Below are positions 23,701 through 31,500 of a stretch of 64,000 nucleotides of DNA, piece by piece. Position 1 is the first letter of the stretch. Each line of letters starts with the position of its first letter. The DNA is taken from NCBI GenBank assembly GCA_944377415.1, contig CALWEW010000003.1:3753-67752 (forward strand), written 5' to 3'. The translations under genes were made by a program, and so were the position numbers. The notes under the pieces are model-generated. The model saw nothing but the letters and a program-made list of their open reading frames with translations, ran no database searches and was not told the origin of the DNA. The stretch is from an uncultured Clostridia bacterium. Its GTDB lineage: Bacteria > Bacillota > Clostridia > Christensenellales > UBA1242.

Positions 23701-26700
23701 AAATTCATCAATGCAATTCAGCGGTTATGTAACAAATGGCGCAAACTTTACAGGCTCAATTTCGCACACAGCGGACTCTAACCTTGATATATATGCGGGG
23801 GGCATATACGGTTTTGTTCAAAACAGACTTAATATGTCTAGTAGTACGGCACTTCCTGTTGGTCAAGCACGACTTATTCTAAATGCAATGCATTCAAGTG
23901 GAAGCATAACAGTTAATACAGCCGCAGTTAGAATTTATGGCGGTGGCTTAATCGGTAGAGCGGCTCAAGGCGTAATGAATAGCGGGACTTATGAGGAACT
24001 ATCTGCTCCTAATAACATTTTACGAATTTCGAGCAGTGCATTTACAGGGAGTCTAGATGTAACAAATAATCAATCAAGCAGTGAGTCTTCTATGTGGCTT
24101 GGTGGAATTGTGGGGAACTCACAACTCGCAGTTTATGATTCATTATCGAATGGAACAATATTCTTTAATGCAGAAAATGCGCTTTCGCTTTTTGCTGGCG
24201 GAATTGCAGGTTCTACAAATACTGATATTGGATACTGTATCGCGCTTTCATCTGTGCAATACGATATGCCTTCAACTTCGGCTAATACTAGTGTGAATGC
24301 TATCCGTGGTATTCAAGACAATGAAAATGCTCGCATTGTATACTCGTATTATTCGGGCGAACTTTGTGGCATACTTGACTTGTTTGGAACAAATTTAACC
24401 GCGATGCAAATGCTAGATGCTACAAACTTTAGAAATAATAACACAAATATCTTGACAAACTTCACTTATGCGACCAGAACAGATGCAGACGGTAACACAG
24501 TTCAAGCATCATTTATGTATCCTACTGAAGTTGAGGCTTATTTAGACCTAACAAGTGGCAGCGCGAATGTTCCTGTATTTGTTGAAAACATGTCTATGCT
24601 TCAAGGACAACTGTTAAACGAAGAAACACCGAACAAGATTATTTACATTAACACTGAACAAATTGATGTAGCGGGCATTCCAAATATTGAAATTGCAAAT
24701 GCTCGTAAAATAGTAGGTAATGGCGTAGTTATATCTGTTGCTGATACTACTACAAGTGGTAGGTCGTCAAGCGGTGTATTCGTTGATATTCCTCGAAATG
24801 TTGTCGTTTCTGGCATAAATGTTGAATACGCAAAAGTCTTAATTAATGCAAGTAGTGATTTTGACTTTGGTGGACTTGCTGGAAATAACTTTGGTTCAAT
24901 TTACGGGGTTAGTGTAAGGGGGGTAGCAAGTGAGTCGATACAAAATACAACGGCAAGCGGGTTTGCGAACCTTACAAGCAGGTACACGGACAACTTTACA
25001 GGCCTTACAAATAATGATGATGCGCAAATATTCCTGAATACATCGGGACAATATGCAATTAACTTTGGTGGCGTGGTCGGACTAAATCGTGGTAGTATAG
25101 TAGGAGTTTTAAGTGATATAAATATTTACTCAAACGGTGGCTCTGTAAGTTTGGGTGGGATTGCTGGAAGTTCGATAAATTCTGTCATGAATAATAACAT
25201 GACACAAGGCAGAATTATAGTCGACAGCATGACAAATGAAACCTTTATTGGTGGAATTGCTGGTGTTGCGACAAATTCATTTATATCATCAACTTTTGCA
25301 AATAATAATATTACAGTATTTACCGTTGTTAGTGGCAATGTTGGGCTTGCGTTTGGTAGTTTTAGTGGACTTAGTAGTGGAATTGTAGTTAATAGCGATG
25401 TGAGTGGAAATTTGTCAATTGGCGACACAAATTCTTACTACACAAATGCCTTAACTACTAGTCAATATTTAACCGCATCAAGTATTAATAGCATTATAAA
25501 CAATACGGCAAATTACTTTAATAGTAGCATTTGGACTATCGGCGATAATACACAAAATTACGGTTATCCATACCTAAATGTATTAAATGTAGATTTCGCT
25601 ACTGGTGATGGAACGCAGGCGAATCCGTATAAATTAAGAGAAGGTTCCGAATTTATTAGGCTTACACAAAATACAGCATCAGGAAGATACTTTACACTTA
25701 CTCGCGATGTTATGATTTCTACCGACACTTTGAGCCTAACTTCAAGCGGAACATTGCGTGCGACAGAATTTAATGGTGGCGGATATGTAGCAGTTATTGA
25801 AGGGCTGATAACTCCGCAGTCGAGTGGTGGCACTGTTTATGCAAGTCTATTTAACAACATTTCTAATAGGTCGACAGTTCAGTCGTTTGGTGTTGTTATA
25901 AATGAAAGTGCTATAATAAATGAAAATGGCACAGGTTATACAATCTATTTTGGTGGACTTGCAGGTACGAATAACGGAACAATCACTAATTGTGCGGTTC
26001 AAAGTCTTGGTAACATTACTTTAAACTCGCTTCCTAATTCGCGTTTAGGTGGATTGGTTGGACAGAATACAAACATTATAGAAAACAGTTGGGCAGATGT
26101 TGACTTCGTTGCAAATGACGGTTTTATCGGCGGACTTGTTGGACTGTTAGGCACTAATACGAGTGCTGATAGCGAAAGCACCGCGGTAATACGCAATAGT
26201 TTTGCAAGCGGAGATTTGAATATCACTCAAAATACAGCAAACTCAAACTATACATCAACGGCTGTTGGTGGGTTAGTAGGTGTTGCAAATGCCGAAAGTG
26301 GTACAGGCAGTATTAGAGATTCATATGTCTATGGGGCAAAGATTAATGTTTCGTATAGAGATACAGAAATCTCTTATGTTGGTGCTTTAATAGGTAATGC
26401 AATCAAATTTAGTACTTACAGAACTTATGCGTATGTGTTTACTCCTAGTGCTCAAGATACTAACTATGCGGGGGCAGGCGTTTATACAGACCTAGCAATG
26501 ACAGGTAATGTAATTGAGGGCGCGTTTGACTCGACAAGTTGGGTATCTGTATGGCTGGGACCTTATGTAGATGTTCCAGTAAGACAGGAAGCCAACGACC
26601 TTTGTGCTGTGATTAATATTAGTACATTGCGTACAACGGCAATAGGTACTGGTGTTTACTCAGAATGGATAACATCTGCATGGACACGAAACCCAGGTGT

Positions 26701-26806
26701 TGCAGAGCGTAATGAATTTGTTGTGTACTTAAATAATGTTACTCCTGTTGATAAACAAGAAAGAGCAGGTGACACGACTAATCCTAACGACATATTTGAT
26801 TACTAA
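11777..26806 (+). CDS. giant (5009 aa) surface lipoprotein with Ig-like (Big_2-type) domains and six GLUG-motif beta-solenoid supermodules
   Basis: Uninterrupted 15 kb ORF. Lipoprotein signal MTKSIKAKYFTFILLFVILAFLGLAGC, with the lipobox Cys at nt 11855-11857. A Big_2-like segment is present (TITATVEGL...IRITARNAGTTVLRVV). There are dozens of GGLxGxxxGxIxN repeats, for example VGGLAGEINGS, IGGLIGYIAGG and VGGLVGYSEGG. No C-terminal anchor. Confidence 0.9.
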   Translation: MTKSIKAKYFTFILLFVILAFLGLAGCGDIYQNLRVTVSTNNVELYLDRTEFDESGVEVDLSTTTITATVEGLSGDMISDVDFWYRDNNIVNAEVVSVNGNESTIRITARNAGTTVLRVVSRELSTVYSEDITVTVYRDPDSMHFLDQKISVPVGTSLELVTNNLIGFEPARVYPSTATFSLLTPDNELWNDAYGTRILNGVSIQDNVLIVDENAERGIVQIEALMPNGVHCAFNVLIYSNIDESQIHLYSQERRISLDDMFGRNNAEYRILTPRDAGWNASYSSTTVSGVTLSSSTLVLASGVSNGIVQLGITVGDTEYFGYVLIHSKDNADLAQVIPESQRSLSLVDLVGQANFSILDTPSPLWDSSYGTYSLRGVSISNGILNIDSGYGSGVVQIAVNYPDGSTDTMIIMVYGNSTSAIKAATVGEVETLKFAINSDEMNRGSYYVVNDDTLNPNVNIRVTTGNSDVLVASSLDNNYRFTLTSMESGTTTVTVNIDIIDPVTNEIYTTFSRTYNVEVIRIARQVILSGDGLSATADPAEMLLQDYYYNVLGAEVNVMVSPEEARDRSYIIRVVEIDGSTENITAGMNSLNIYVNGRNYVNDQGVTGYNEYIYGERLQNGTSFYVSLDSANNVISHTVKLAIIANTYDPDLPYVQNIVTFTITAGVTEITSSSDIVEVGLGETSEFTLSYLTSAGANVGTPDFEITVANEDIISLTGANYTYTVSGLKEGYTEITFTAASGVTLTLPVYVYIIPLAFYISGDHSYENSNIASDEWNDAEYVNPADNLIDAGVTSVTVKRNNRYYFDLVALPAGITANSLSVSIGTNDANGEYISLSQIDEDYTFSFYARNVTTTPVIITVSFSYRTHVNGVWTTVASTRTLEVNIYNPVTLFYWNGTNNATSTTVQLYDKNSLNINQQNLSTTQLNIYTNTDATVYQNGGSVEWTVDNPDLLSISENGFSATITANLTDYSLSSYTAYVYATINDYGTERTITCRVNIIVPQMVESIEVTNYNDNEGVRLNDLGTQQRTSFTINTRVLPNNAFNSEVGYLLYSAENIDGKIVATEIYTGAESDAVVRFDPTEPNRIIAQNAGYAVIRIYPLDRVNSENVNFDSIYHVDIWVIVEDGEVNPYSIYTAEEFVSIGSSAEALTKNYVLMQTIDLSNYSSYFPLGSEFGSNFSGSLDSYNYSTNGRKMSVLGITLNNSFALTSSEILGGLFGRVSGSINNIDFVFSERSAFNLADITASNLDVHAIKIGLLAGVLDGEVNNVVARMNNFTNTSNMISINGLDNADYAISVGGLAGEINGSASASYVNVAIRTDLGVSTLYLGGLAGIFNGTTIGQAGDEVTSRVRITASRAYIPDSENSRIGGLIGYIAGGNVYGQNVTGQVVATLYDYVGGFAGRNDGTLGYFDTANNTEYRVLSGVKTQGHNYVGGLIGYNTGTVNYARVENYEDTTITGVNQAVVSGNNYVGGLVGYSEGGRVTYSYSIGYISQDFTANGSYNGDVIGAEFVGGLIGYAHNTYITSSFAANCILVNSTNTGTAGGLIGQMQIDAGVDISTSTVWNAYANGYILTDNLDTTKTGELIGVYDVQGGSAYVDTCYAHVVISNFDNSTVYRNLFGTNVSGANVANSYYLADTTESITDIDNITSIGVSHDDMIAQDGGFGSNAYIGWGFGDANSNQAWVIYDPDTMQGVNDDLPLLYDRDRGWLYNQAINNIEISYATLQQDGDLLPTFFNYNDLGTVVVLENIDEVDGEKRLNIHNTGTDTANGLFNINVLPLLDPTQWSLSVTSSNSNIAEVVQDNLNLVDAYIVFKTTGVVNITLQSLLDVSASVTVTINVVGGFNEFDILDENDDSITTSGSNVISIKQGSGALLLQYFETSANYNDSYGIKFSTNDTSYFEFSGYEYTGTSVYIPYTQPNLLGGVAATTDAYPNGLEMRACPYFVLVFSGAKINYSLENYVTPKNFYVNVYYGITQAGFNSTDAQITSGEQHNLILNVVSDNPENVVISNPKVLRDGVELTDYSEVLTVLDRVNGDGTVTQNYLLELDDSLKNLTENRQYQVSVDVSDESGLYGTYVFDIIFTPSPITRIDISHFTYGADSMTNGEVPSNLISPGTRGVLRVEVTPNYSHFDYLLFNSTLEPTSNQRVIMQQMVLQNGSYRTIEANYDSNGALIVQKITGYDVNGNAYFDGTVFVSTLVGTNLTEGYNFTISVTAMRNGESSYVFPPVYTNLVTTFAPHATLTLNSTNGDAVAKGTVANFVLTGELFNSTITLETSYGNGQTGIQYSGFASDIRLTYGVGARETVNETLPFYVGIGANAPNGRITVTVTINSTTATGGQLNPIVLQYTIYIVDFAVESVYAENAENGTLSASVRSYTLLEANWRLVEPSIEDYRTYVGGDETAFNNAFNEMYEKAEAKLKVVNERGNGEGGVWYYNDGNGYFAVQTALSYPDFIISYTQMNNGISYYLIQGKTITTGIPFRLSFTGYYVYNESLGVYEFTLDNELSSVAPENILNSYQHLYEQDFNIDVINDTSEDTPDYIDSAEALRSMTAGVNHMLTSDIILDSWTPIDTAIASLDGNGYVIYLRSFAENTADTQNYGLFSTLQEGTVLKNLIIDVSHNIYVNLQNASTVNFGFIAGVNDGGVIYNCDVVVTESKEGWRTIYNSPDGNRPASNNSDFAFATSVFNRIMNDTSAEYNTLASTFILTDLSTSARTVTTYIGGLVGQNNGYITNSRVGRIDTDNALGFNRGYALQGLNIFASGNVGGLAGQNTGVISNSYFANGTVVNYGMSIYTATNRNGARTGGLVAEQTNTGRIESSYAIGQLGENAQAELGGIIAYGTIGGLVHSNAGSITNSYTNLPLSSSNAMGGFVYENTGNASINYCYSMSLINSTGLINGVFIGVDAEGTVQNGEDATVENSFYYSSDNTVNDSSDPATAISANEWGNALGSAFEGFAISDNENSTWYMDVNRLYLGPQLTFADKVYYSHRGLDYTYDASSARGSETNPIIIASLKNWQNVFNYSDTSGLIRSEFMTANPDYTSGGARYQFGTDTMHYYVALASDINFGNSMHSTATDTLFKGILLGNGYTLAGLSYRQSSTVTTAENDFGVFNQLVNASVTNLNLEVSGEITTRARHMGVLAGSVHDSYVENVNISGSTASTSITGLNMTGALAGFVYGNSEIRNITASISVNSISATVSSGLYLYYNDSETTHYADYSYAGGVIGVVDLSDEEGAENNPRIQNLSVSGNTDIYGEIAGGVVGMIGTTSEAKGLNFILDITDENAPRIRGSNFSGGLVGENRGHIMSSFVGIAVDEQIAEDSAINSTDNAANYIGYTGLFENTEESTAVGGLVGLNIAGSIEYSYSRVAVISSQARIVGGLVGMAINAPNSYDTSSGDVTLSYLRNLSVSPSNIYNYDAIDEMFGYSYSNGSVEVRGDLNFSGTLYQVYTTGAINGGEILGGAVGMMVGAPIYSNYTDALVVAVNNYNASDRTLIDKINDENVYFGGVVGYVGYTMSGTTSVAPFISNREVSGEYTIGTPAQTVRAVTSIAGNSLDAVGNAQAIISVRSTDFLTCATSTVNDPFASFSDTVWLLDSTRVSHRFPVLMSNYSATISEIDSVEDFFNYLSDTNTNSYGRIVTDLTITGDDWNRYILSNNLNSITEGNDYVSGRLEGAVPITVSGQETTRSATITFTNFTTSSGVDVSNTFWSLFGYTEGFRLINVDFVFDFTINMTNHTISNFGVLARESNGSSFENVSVTFTENNSVTVNNLGNIALITGTSQNSSYTNVVVNGTINTISDGFTSSTGSVAIGALFGSGTVSNTIYGTSFGTIGVNYTSNNNYILYIGGLAGTTDGLLSVRSVSAANQYNLTTNISITANSNTNIMYVGGVVGRTNGATQLTTLRIDGTLNVTRTNATSTQNSNSYIGGIAGSLYNTNVSDVTSNVEIASNIAGGNVYLGGLAGNLINNHEFTGTNSSMQFSGYVTNGANFTGSISHTADSNLDIYAGGIYGFVQNRLNMSSSTALPVGQARLILNAMHSSGSITVNTAAVRIYGGGLIGRAAQGVMNSGTYEELSAPNNILRISSSAFTGSLDVTNNQSSSESSMWLGGIVGNSQLAVYDSLSNGTIFFNAENALSLFAGGIAGSTNTDIGYCIALSSVQYDMPSTSANTSVNAIRGIQDNENARIVYSYYSGELCGILDLFGTNLTAMQMLDATNFRNNNTNILTNFTYATRTDADGNTVQASFMYPTEVEAYLDLTSGSANVPVFVENMSMLQGQLLNEETPNKIIYINTEQIDVAGIPNIEIANARKIVGNGVVISVADTTTSGRSSSGVFVDIPRNVVVSGINVEYAKVLINASSDFDFGGLAGNNFGSIYGVSVRGVASESIQNTTASGFANLTSRYTDNFTGLTNNDDAQIFLNTSGQYAINFGGVVGLNRGSIVGVLSDINIYSNGGSVSLGGIAGSSINSVMNNNMTQGRIIVDSMTNETFIGGIAGVATNSFISSTFANNNITVFTVVSGNVGLAFGSFSGLSSGIVVNSDVSGNLSIGDTNSYYTNALTTSQYLTASSINSIINNTANYFNSSIWTIGDNTQNYGYPYLNVLNVDFATGDGTQANPYKLREGSEFIRLTQNTASGRYFTLTRDVMISTDTLSLTSSGTLRATEFNGGGYVAVIEGLITPQSSGGTVYASLFNNISNRSTVQSFGVVINESAIINENGTGYTIYFGGLAGTNNGTITNCAVQSLGNITLNSLPNSRLGGLVGQNTNIIENSWADVDFVANDGFIGGLVGLLGTNTSADSESTAVIRNSFASGDLNITQNTANSNYTSTAVGGLVGVANAESGTGSIRDSYVYGAKINVSYRDTEISYVGALIGNAIKFSTYRTYAYVFTPSAQDTNYAGAGVYTDLAMTGNVIEGAFDSTSWVSVWLGPYVDVPVRQEANDLCAVINISTLRTTAIGTGVYSEWITSAWTRNPGVAERNEFVVYLNNVTPVDKQERAGDTTNPNDIFDY

Positions 26807-26820
26807 TCTAATAAAAAGAA

Positions 26821-26860
26821 AAAGATATATCAAAACCACCGATATATCTTTTTTATTTTT
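26821..26860. terminator. bidirectional rho-independent terminator between convergent genes
   Basis: AAAGATATATC (26821-26831) pairs with GATATATCTTT (26841-26851) across a 9-nt loop, with an A-run upstream and a T-run downstream. Confidence 0.65.
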
Positions 26861-26961
26861 AGTAATTTTTTGTATTCCTTGTTTCTCTTGTATTACTTAT
26901 TTCTCTTTTAAAATATGCGCTAATGTAGGCTGTTTCGTTTTCCTAGTTAACAATGATTGAA

Positions 26962-28182
26962 CTAAACCTGCCTTATTACTTCGGCAAATGTTTGACTCTC
27001 ATCGTAAAATTCTGGCTTGCCTTGAATGTAATTCTCCCTAATTAGTTTTATGTGGCAGTTGCATAATTTATCCAGAATATCTAAATAATCCCTTAATTTT
27101 TCATCAGTACAATTTGTATAGCCCGAACAAATTATACTTAAACTTCCATTGTTTGTATTCCTACTGTAAGCAAATAAGCGTTTAAGTTGTTGCAAAATTT
27201 CGTCATCATAAGATTTAGCAGGACAACGGTCAGACAATAAATCACGCAAGTTTGTCATAAGAGTAGTAATATCGTCAATTATTAATACAACATTATTGCC
27301 TAATTCGCATATACGCTTAATTCTGTCAAGAATAATTTCAAAATAAAAATTAATGTCAGCAGGTAAGGTATCAAAAGTTGTAAAGAAGTACTCACAGTTT
27401 TTAAGTAAGATTTTTTCTTCGGGGCGCTTACAAACAGAAAAGTAGACAACTTTGTACCTTTCATCTAAATCTTTTGCTATACTGTTGCATAAGTAAGTTT
27501 GTCCTGCACCGTTTTCACCGACTATCATTAAACGCTGACCAATTTTAAATGGACAAACCTTATTTATAAATTTTAGTTGAGGCAGAGTAAATTCTATTGT
27601 GTTACTTATTGGAGAAATTTCCATTTGAGCAAAGTCTTGACGAGTAAGTGTTGGGGGACAATCGTTAATTTCGTAAATTTCAAGCACGCGCGGGGTTCTT
27701 TCTTGGAAGTGTATACCGCACTTGATTTTATCACCATTTCGCAAATTTTCAAAGTGTAGTGTGTTTTCTTCAATAATAGCGTAAACATTTATATCCAGGC
27801 TTTGAGAACTTGTAGGGAAGAAATACAAAGTGTCGCCAATGTATTTTACAAAACCCGTGTAAATATTTTCACGCACTTCTTTTAATTTGCTGCCTTCGGT
27901 CGAGTATAATGCGCCTGTTGTTTTCGAAAATGCCTCAAAGCCAACAAGTTTATTCCATTCACTGTCAGGAATAATTTCTTTTTTGTGAGGTCTGCCACTT
28001 TTAATTTTTAAATAAGGCTCAACTTTTCCTGTAACAACATCAACTATTGCTTGGCGCAATTCCTCCGCTTTTAATGCAGTAGGGTTTCGCACGCCTATTT
28101 TAGAGCCTACTTCTCGTAGTTGGTATAAATTTAGTGTTCTTAATTTTTCAATATCAACTCTGTATTTATCGTTTTTGTTCAT
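26962..28182 (-). CDS. Rho-like protein (Rho_N, OB/RNA-binding-like and RecA-like domains) with degenerate ATPase motifs
   Basis: Collinear similarity to E. coli Rho, aligned from memory. N-terminal helix bundle: LNLYQLREVGSKIGV..P.ALKAEELRQAIV. OB region: ENLRNGDKIKCGIHFQERTPRVLEIYEIND versus [32 protein letters not shown]. P-loop position: GQRLMIVGENGAGQT versus GQRGLIVAPPKAGKT. Also VVLIIDDITTL versus VIILLDSITRL, and GSLSIICSG versus GSLTIIATA. Confidence 0.7.
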   Translation of the reverse strand: MNKNDKYRVDIEKLRTLNLYQLREVGSKIGVRNPTALKAEELRQAIVDVVTGKVEPYLKIKSGRPHKKEIIPDSEWNKLVGFEAFSKTTGALYSTEGSKLKEVRENIYTGFVKYIGDTLYFFPTSSQSLDINVYAIIEENTLHFENLRNGDKIKCGIHFQERTPRVLEIYEINDCPPTLTRQDFAQMEISPISNTIEFTLPQLKFINKVCPFKIGQRLMIVGENGAGQTYLCNSIAKDLDERYKVVYFSVCKRPEEKILLKNCEYFFTTFDTLPADINFYFEIILDRIKRICELGNNVVLIIDDITTLMTNLRDLLSDRCPAKSYDDEILQQLKRLFAYSRNTNNGSLSIICSGYTNCTDEKLRDYLDILDKLCNCHIKLIRENYIQGKPEFYDESQTFAEVIRQV

Positions 28183-28465
28183 AATTTCCTCTTTTGTTTA
28201 GAAATATTTTATCATATTACACACAAAAAGTAAAATATTTTCTTGATTTTTGTGAATGTCGTACAAAAAAGTACAAAAATAATAAGAATTTAACATATAT
28301 AATTAAAATATTGTAATACATCTCCTAGCTTTAGTGCAATTCAATTTATATGTAGTTTTTATTTTATGCTAAAATAAAATATAATAGGGAATATTTTTGA
28401 GTGTTTTTAATCCCGATTAAAAAATTTTTAAATAATAATTAACTATATTTAAAACCTTAAAAATA

Positions 28466-28499
28466 AAAGAACATGCGAAATAAAATCACATGTCCTTTT
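28466..28499 (-). terminator. probable terminator after the 2790-aa gene
   Basis: Minus strand reads AAAGGACATG...CATGTTCTTT (one mismatch), followed by a T-rich run, 14 nt after the stop. Confidence 0.4.
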
Positions 28500-28512
28500 A
28501 GATTATAAATTA

Positions 28513-31500
28513 TTAACGAACTTTCATGCGTGTACGCATAATGATGAACATTATAACAAGTCCAACTACAACGACACAAGCAACTACAATTAAAATAATT
28601 GCAGCGGTGTTCAGTGGAACATCAATTGTGAGCCTATTACTTGAAAGCACATTACCACTAGCAGACTGAATTTGTACTATATATGTTCCTGCTTCGTTAT
28701 AATTAAAGTTTTGTGGTTCGACAACGGTACCATTTTCAGCATTAATCGTATATACAATTTGACCGTTTACTACAATATAGCAGTCACCAACACGCTCGTA
28801 AATGCTGGCAGGGTTAATTGTAATTGTAAAGCCTGAAGTACTTGATGACCCCCAATCGCGTGAACAACTGATTGTAGGAATTTCATTGTTTATCCAAAAG
28901 TCGAAAGTATAATTTTGACTTGGGTTATAGCCTGTTCCAGCATATCTAACAGTGATTGAATATCTGCCTACACCGTAGTTATCAGGGTCAATGTATATAG
29001 AGTGAATTGTACTGTTTGTTCCTCGCACTTCGTCAGTAATATCAGTTCCCGAACGAACAACTGAAATAATTTCGTAGCCTGTCATGGCTGTGAATTCATA
29101 ACTTGTCAGTGCTTCATTAGGGGATAGAATTGTAAATTGATAAGTTGAAACCAAATCAGCAGAATTTGTACCAACTACCGAGCGAATTGAGCCGCGCATT
29201 GAAACTGTGTAGACACCAGGTTCTGTAAAGATATAGTGTCCGTCTGTTGCTGCGAGTGTGTACGCCTCATTATTTCTTGTTATGCTTACTTCTAGAGAGT
29301 CATATTCACTCAAATCACCCGAGAAAGTAGTAGGAATGTATAGGTCAACATCATTAGAGAATGTTGCATACTGAATAGGAGCAAGGTCGTTTACATAATA
29401 AACGACTTCATTTAATAGATTTAGGGTAAATTCTGTATAATTTGCACCAAAGTATTGATTTTGGCCTACAGCATCATGGATTCGAATAGTATAAATACCT
29501 GACTGCGTAAGTAAGATATTTCCGCTTGTATAAGTGCCAACTAACACATTGTTGTACCATAATTCGAGGGAATAGAAGTCTGCGTAAGTATTTTCTATGC
29601 CTGCTGTTGTAATACTACTGTCATAGTAGGTGGTTTCCCATGTCAGAGTTGCTGTCGCGTTTTCGGTATCGGTCAGGCGTTTGTAAATGTTTCTAGAATT
29701 TGAAGTAGGGGTTTCGCCGTTAATTCTAAAATTAGTTGCCGATGAAATATTTGAAGTAGGAATACGAGTTACCGCAAAGTATGTGCTAATAACATGAGTT
29801 GTAGTTCCATAAACATTGCAAATTCGTGTGTTTCCGAACTCGTCAACCACACGATAGTTTAATCCTTTATCTCTATTTCTTACAATTTCAATATTTCTAT
29901 CCCAGTCACTATCAGAACTAAGGAAGAAGTATTGAGGCATTGACATATTTGATGTCGTTCCGCCTGTGGTCATAGCATAATTATATGGTACAGAATGTGC
30001 AGTAAGTTGAGTTGTGTTACCTTGTGAATCAAGCTGATATACTCCATACACTGAAACTTCATATGAGCGAATTGTAAATACACGCGTTCCATTTGAGTAC
30101 ACACCCATTGAGTTATAAAGTCTTACGGTGTATACACCTTCTTCACTTACGGTAGTAGGCGAGGTGATTTCTGTTTCTGTGCCGTCAGGACTAACAAGTG
30201 TTACATACGGATTAAATAGAGAGTTTGTTTGAGACCACGAAATCATAACAGGTCTTGATGTAACATCGTTAATTAGTGGTGAGCCCGCAGTATCTGTTAT
30301 TGAAATAGTAGGGAAATGTGTGTAAATCACAAATTCGAAGATTGTTGCGGTGTCTGTATAATTGTCAACTGCGATATGTACAAGATAGTGAATATTTTGT
30401 GTGGCATTGAATGTTAAGTTTGTTACGCCGAGTGACATGTCATCAATAGCCAAATCAAAGTATGGTGAATCGGTTGGCAAATCGCTCACCGTTCCATCTT
30501 GATTTGAGTTCGTGTAGAGCAATGTGTTTGTATCAAGGTCGGTTATGCTTAAATTAATTCGCAGAGCGCTAGACTGATACCTAAACAATACATCATTTGA
30601 AGTGTAAGTATAAAGAGTTCCACCATATTCATATTCCATAGTTCCGCCTGAGTATGTAAGTTCACGAACTACACTTGTGTCAGTTGGATATGAATAGGTA
30701 TAACTTCTACCAAAATTATCTGTAAACTCAAAGCGGTAGGTTACATTGCTAGCAAGCCTAAAAGTGTAACCGTTTATGATTGAATCATCAGTAATATCAC
30801 TTGCGCTGTTAGGTAAAGGCTTTAGATTAGCATCATAAGATTGTAAACTACCATCACGATAAACACGGAAGTCCTCGAGCCATGTTGAAGGAATACTGCG
30901 TGTGTCAGGAAGCCTAATTGTGAATGTATTGTCGTTGTTGACAGTTATCAAACTTAGGAAACTTTCTTCGCTGTCGATAAGTAATGCGCCAGCTGTGTTG
31001 ATATAAATCACGATGTCATTATCGCTGTTTAATCTGCTATGAATTGTAAGTTGAATGCGACAACCTTGAGAATTGGAGTAAGTAAGAGCCGTTTCTTGAA
31101 TGAAGTTATTTATGTTTTGAATGATAGTGTCGATGTTGTTAACTGTTACCCCACTGAATGTAGGTAGGTTGGTAAGCGTGTCATCAGGAGCGTAATAGTA
31201 TGTTTCGCGCTCTTGTTGACCCATAAGGTTGCGAATTGTGAAAGTTGTCCACAAGTCGCTACTTTCAATTAAGTCAAATCTAAAATCGCCACTATTAAAC
31301 TCAATTATATCTTTGTTATTGGGGTAGTACTGCTGGTTGTTATAGTAAACAGTTGTCCCAGAAGCCGTAGTGGTGTAGAAGTCGATGCTGTCGTCATTAA
31401 TTGTAGCATGCATCGTAGAATCTCCACCTGTAACAAAAATTGTGTAAACTCGCATGTTACCTGCGGTGTCTTGTTCAATAATGTCGTAATAACCAGGCTC

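Noticed and set aside
11911-26226. About 20 short ORFs of 60-125 aa inside or antisense to the 5009-aa gene, for example 16990-17367(-), 20481-20816(-) and 24081-24296(+)
   Set aside because: All are fully embedded in an uninterrupted 15 kb reading frame. Their translations are low-complexity or Cys/His/Arg-rich, typical of off-frame readings, and none has a ribosome-binding site.
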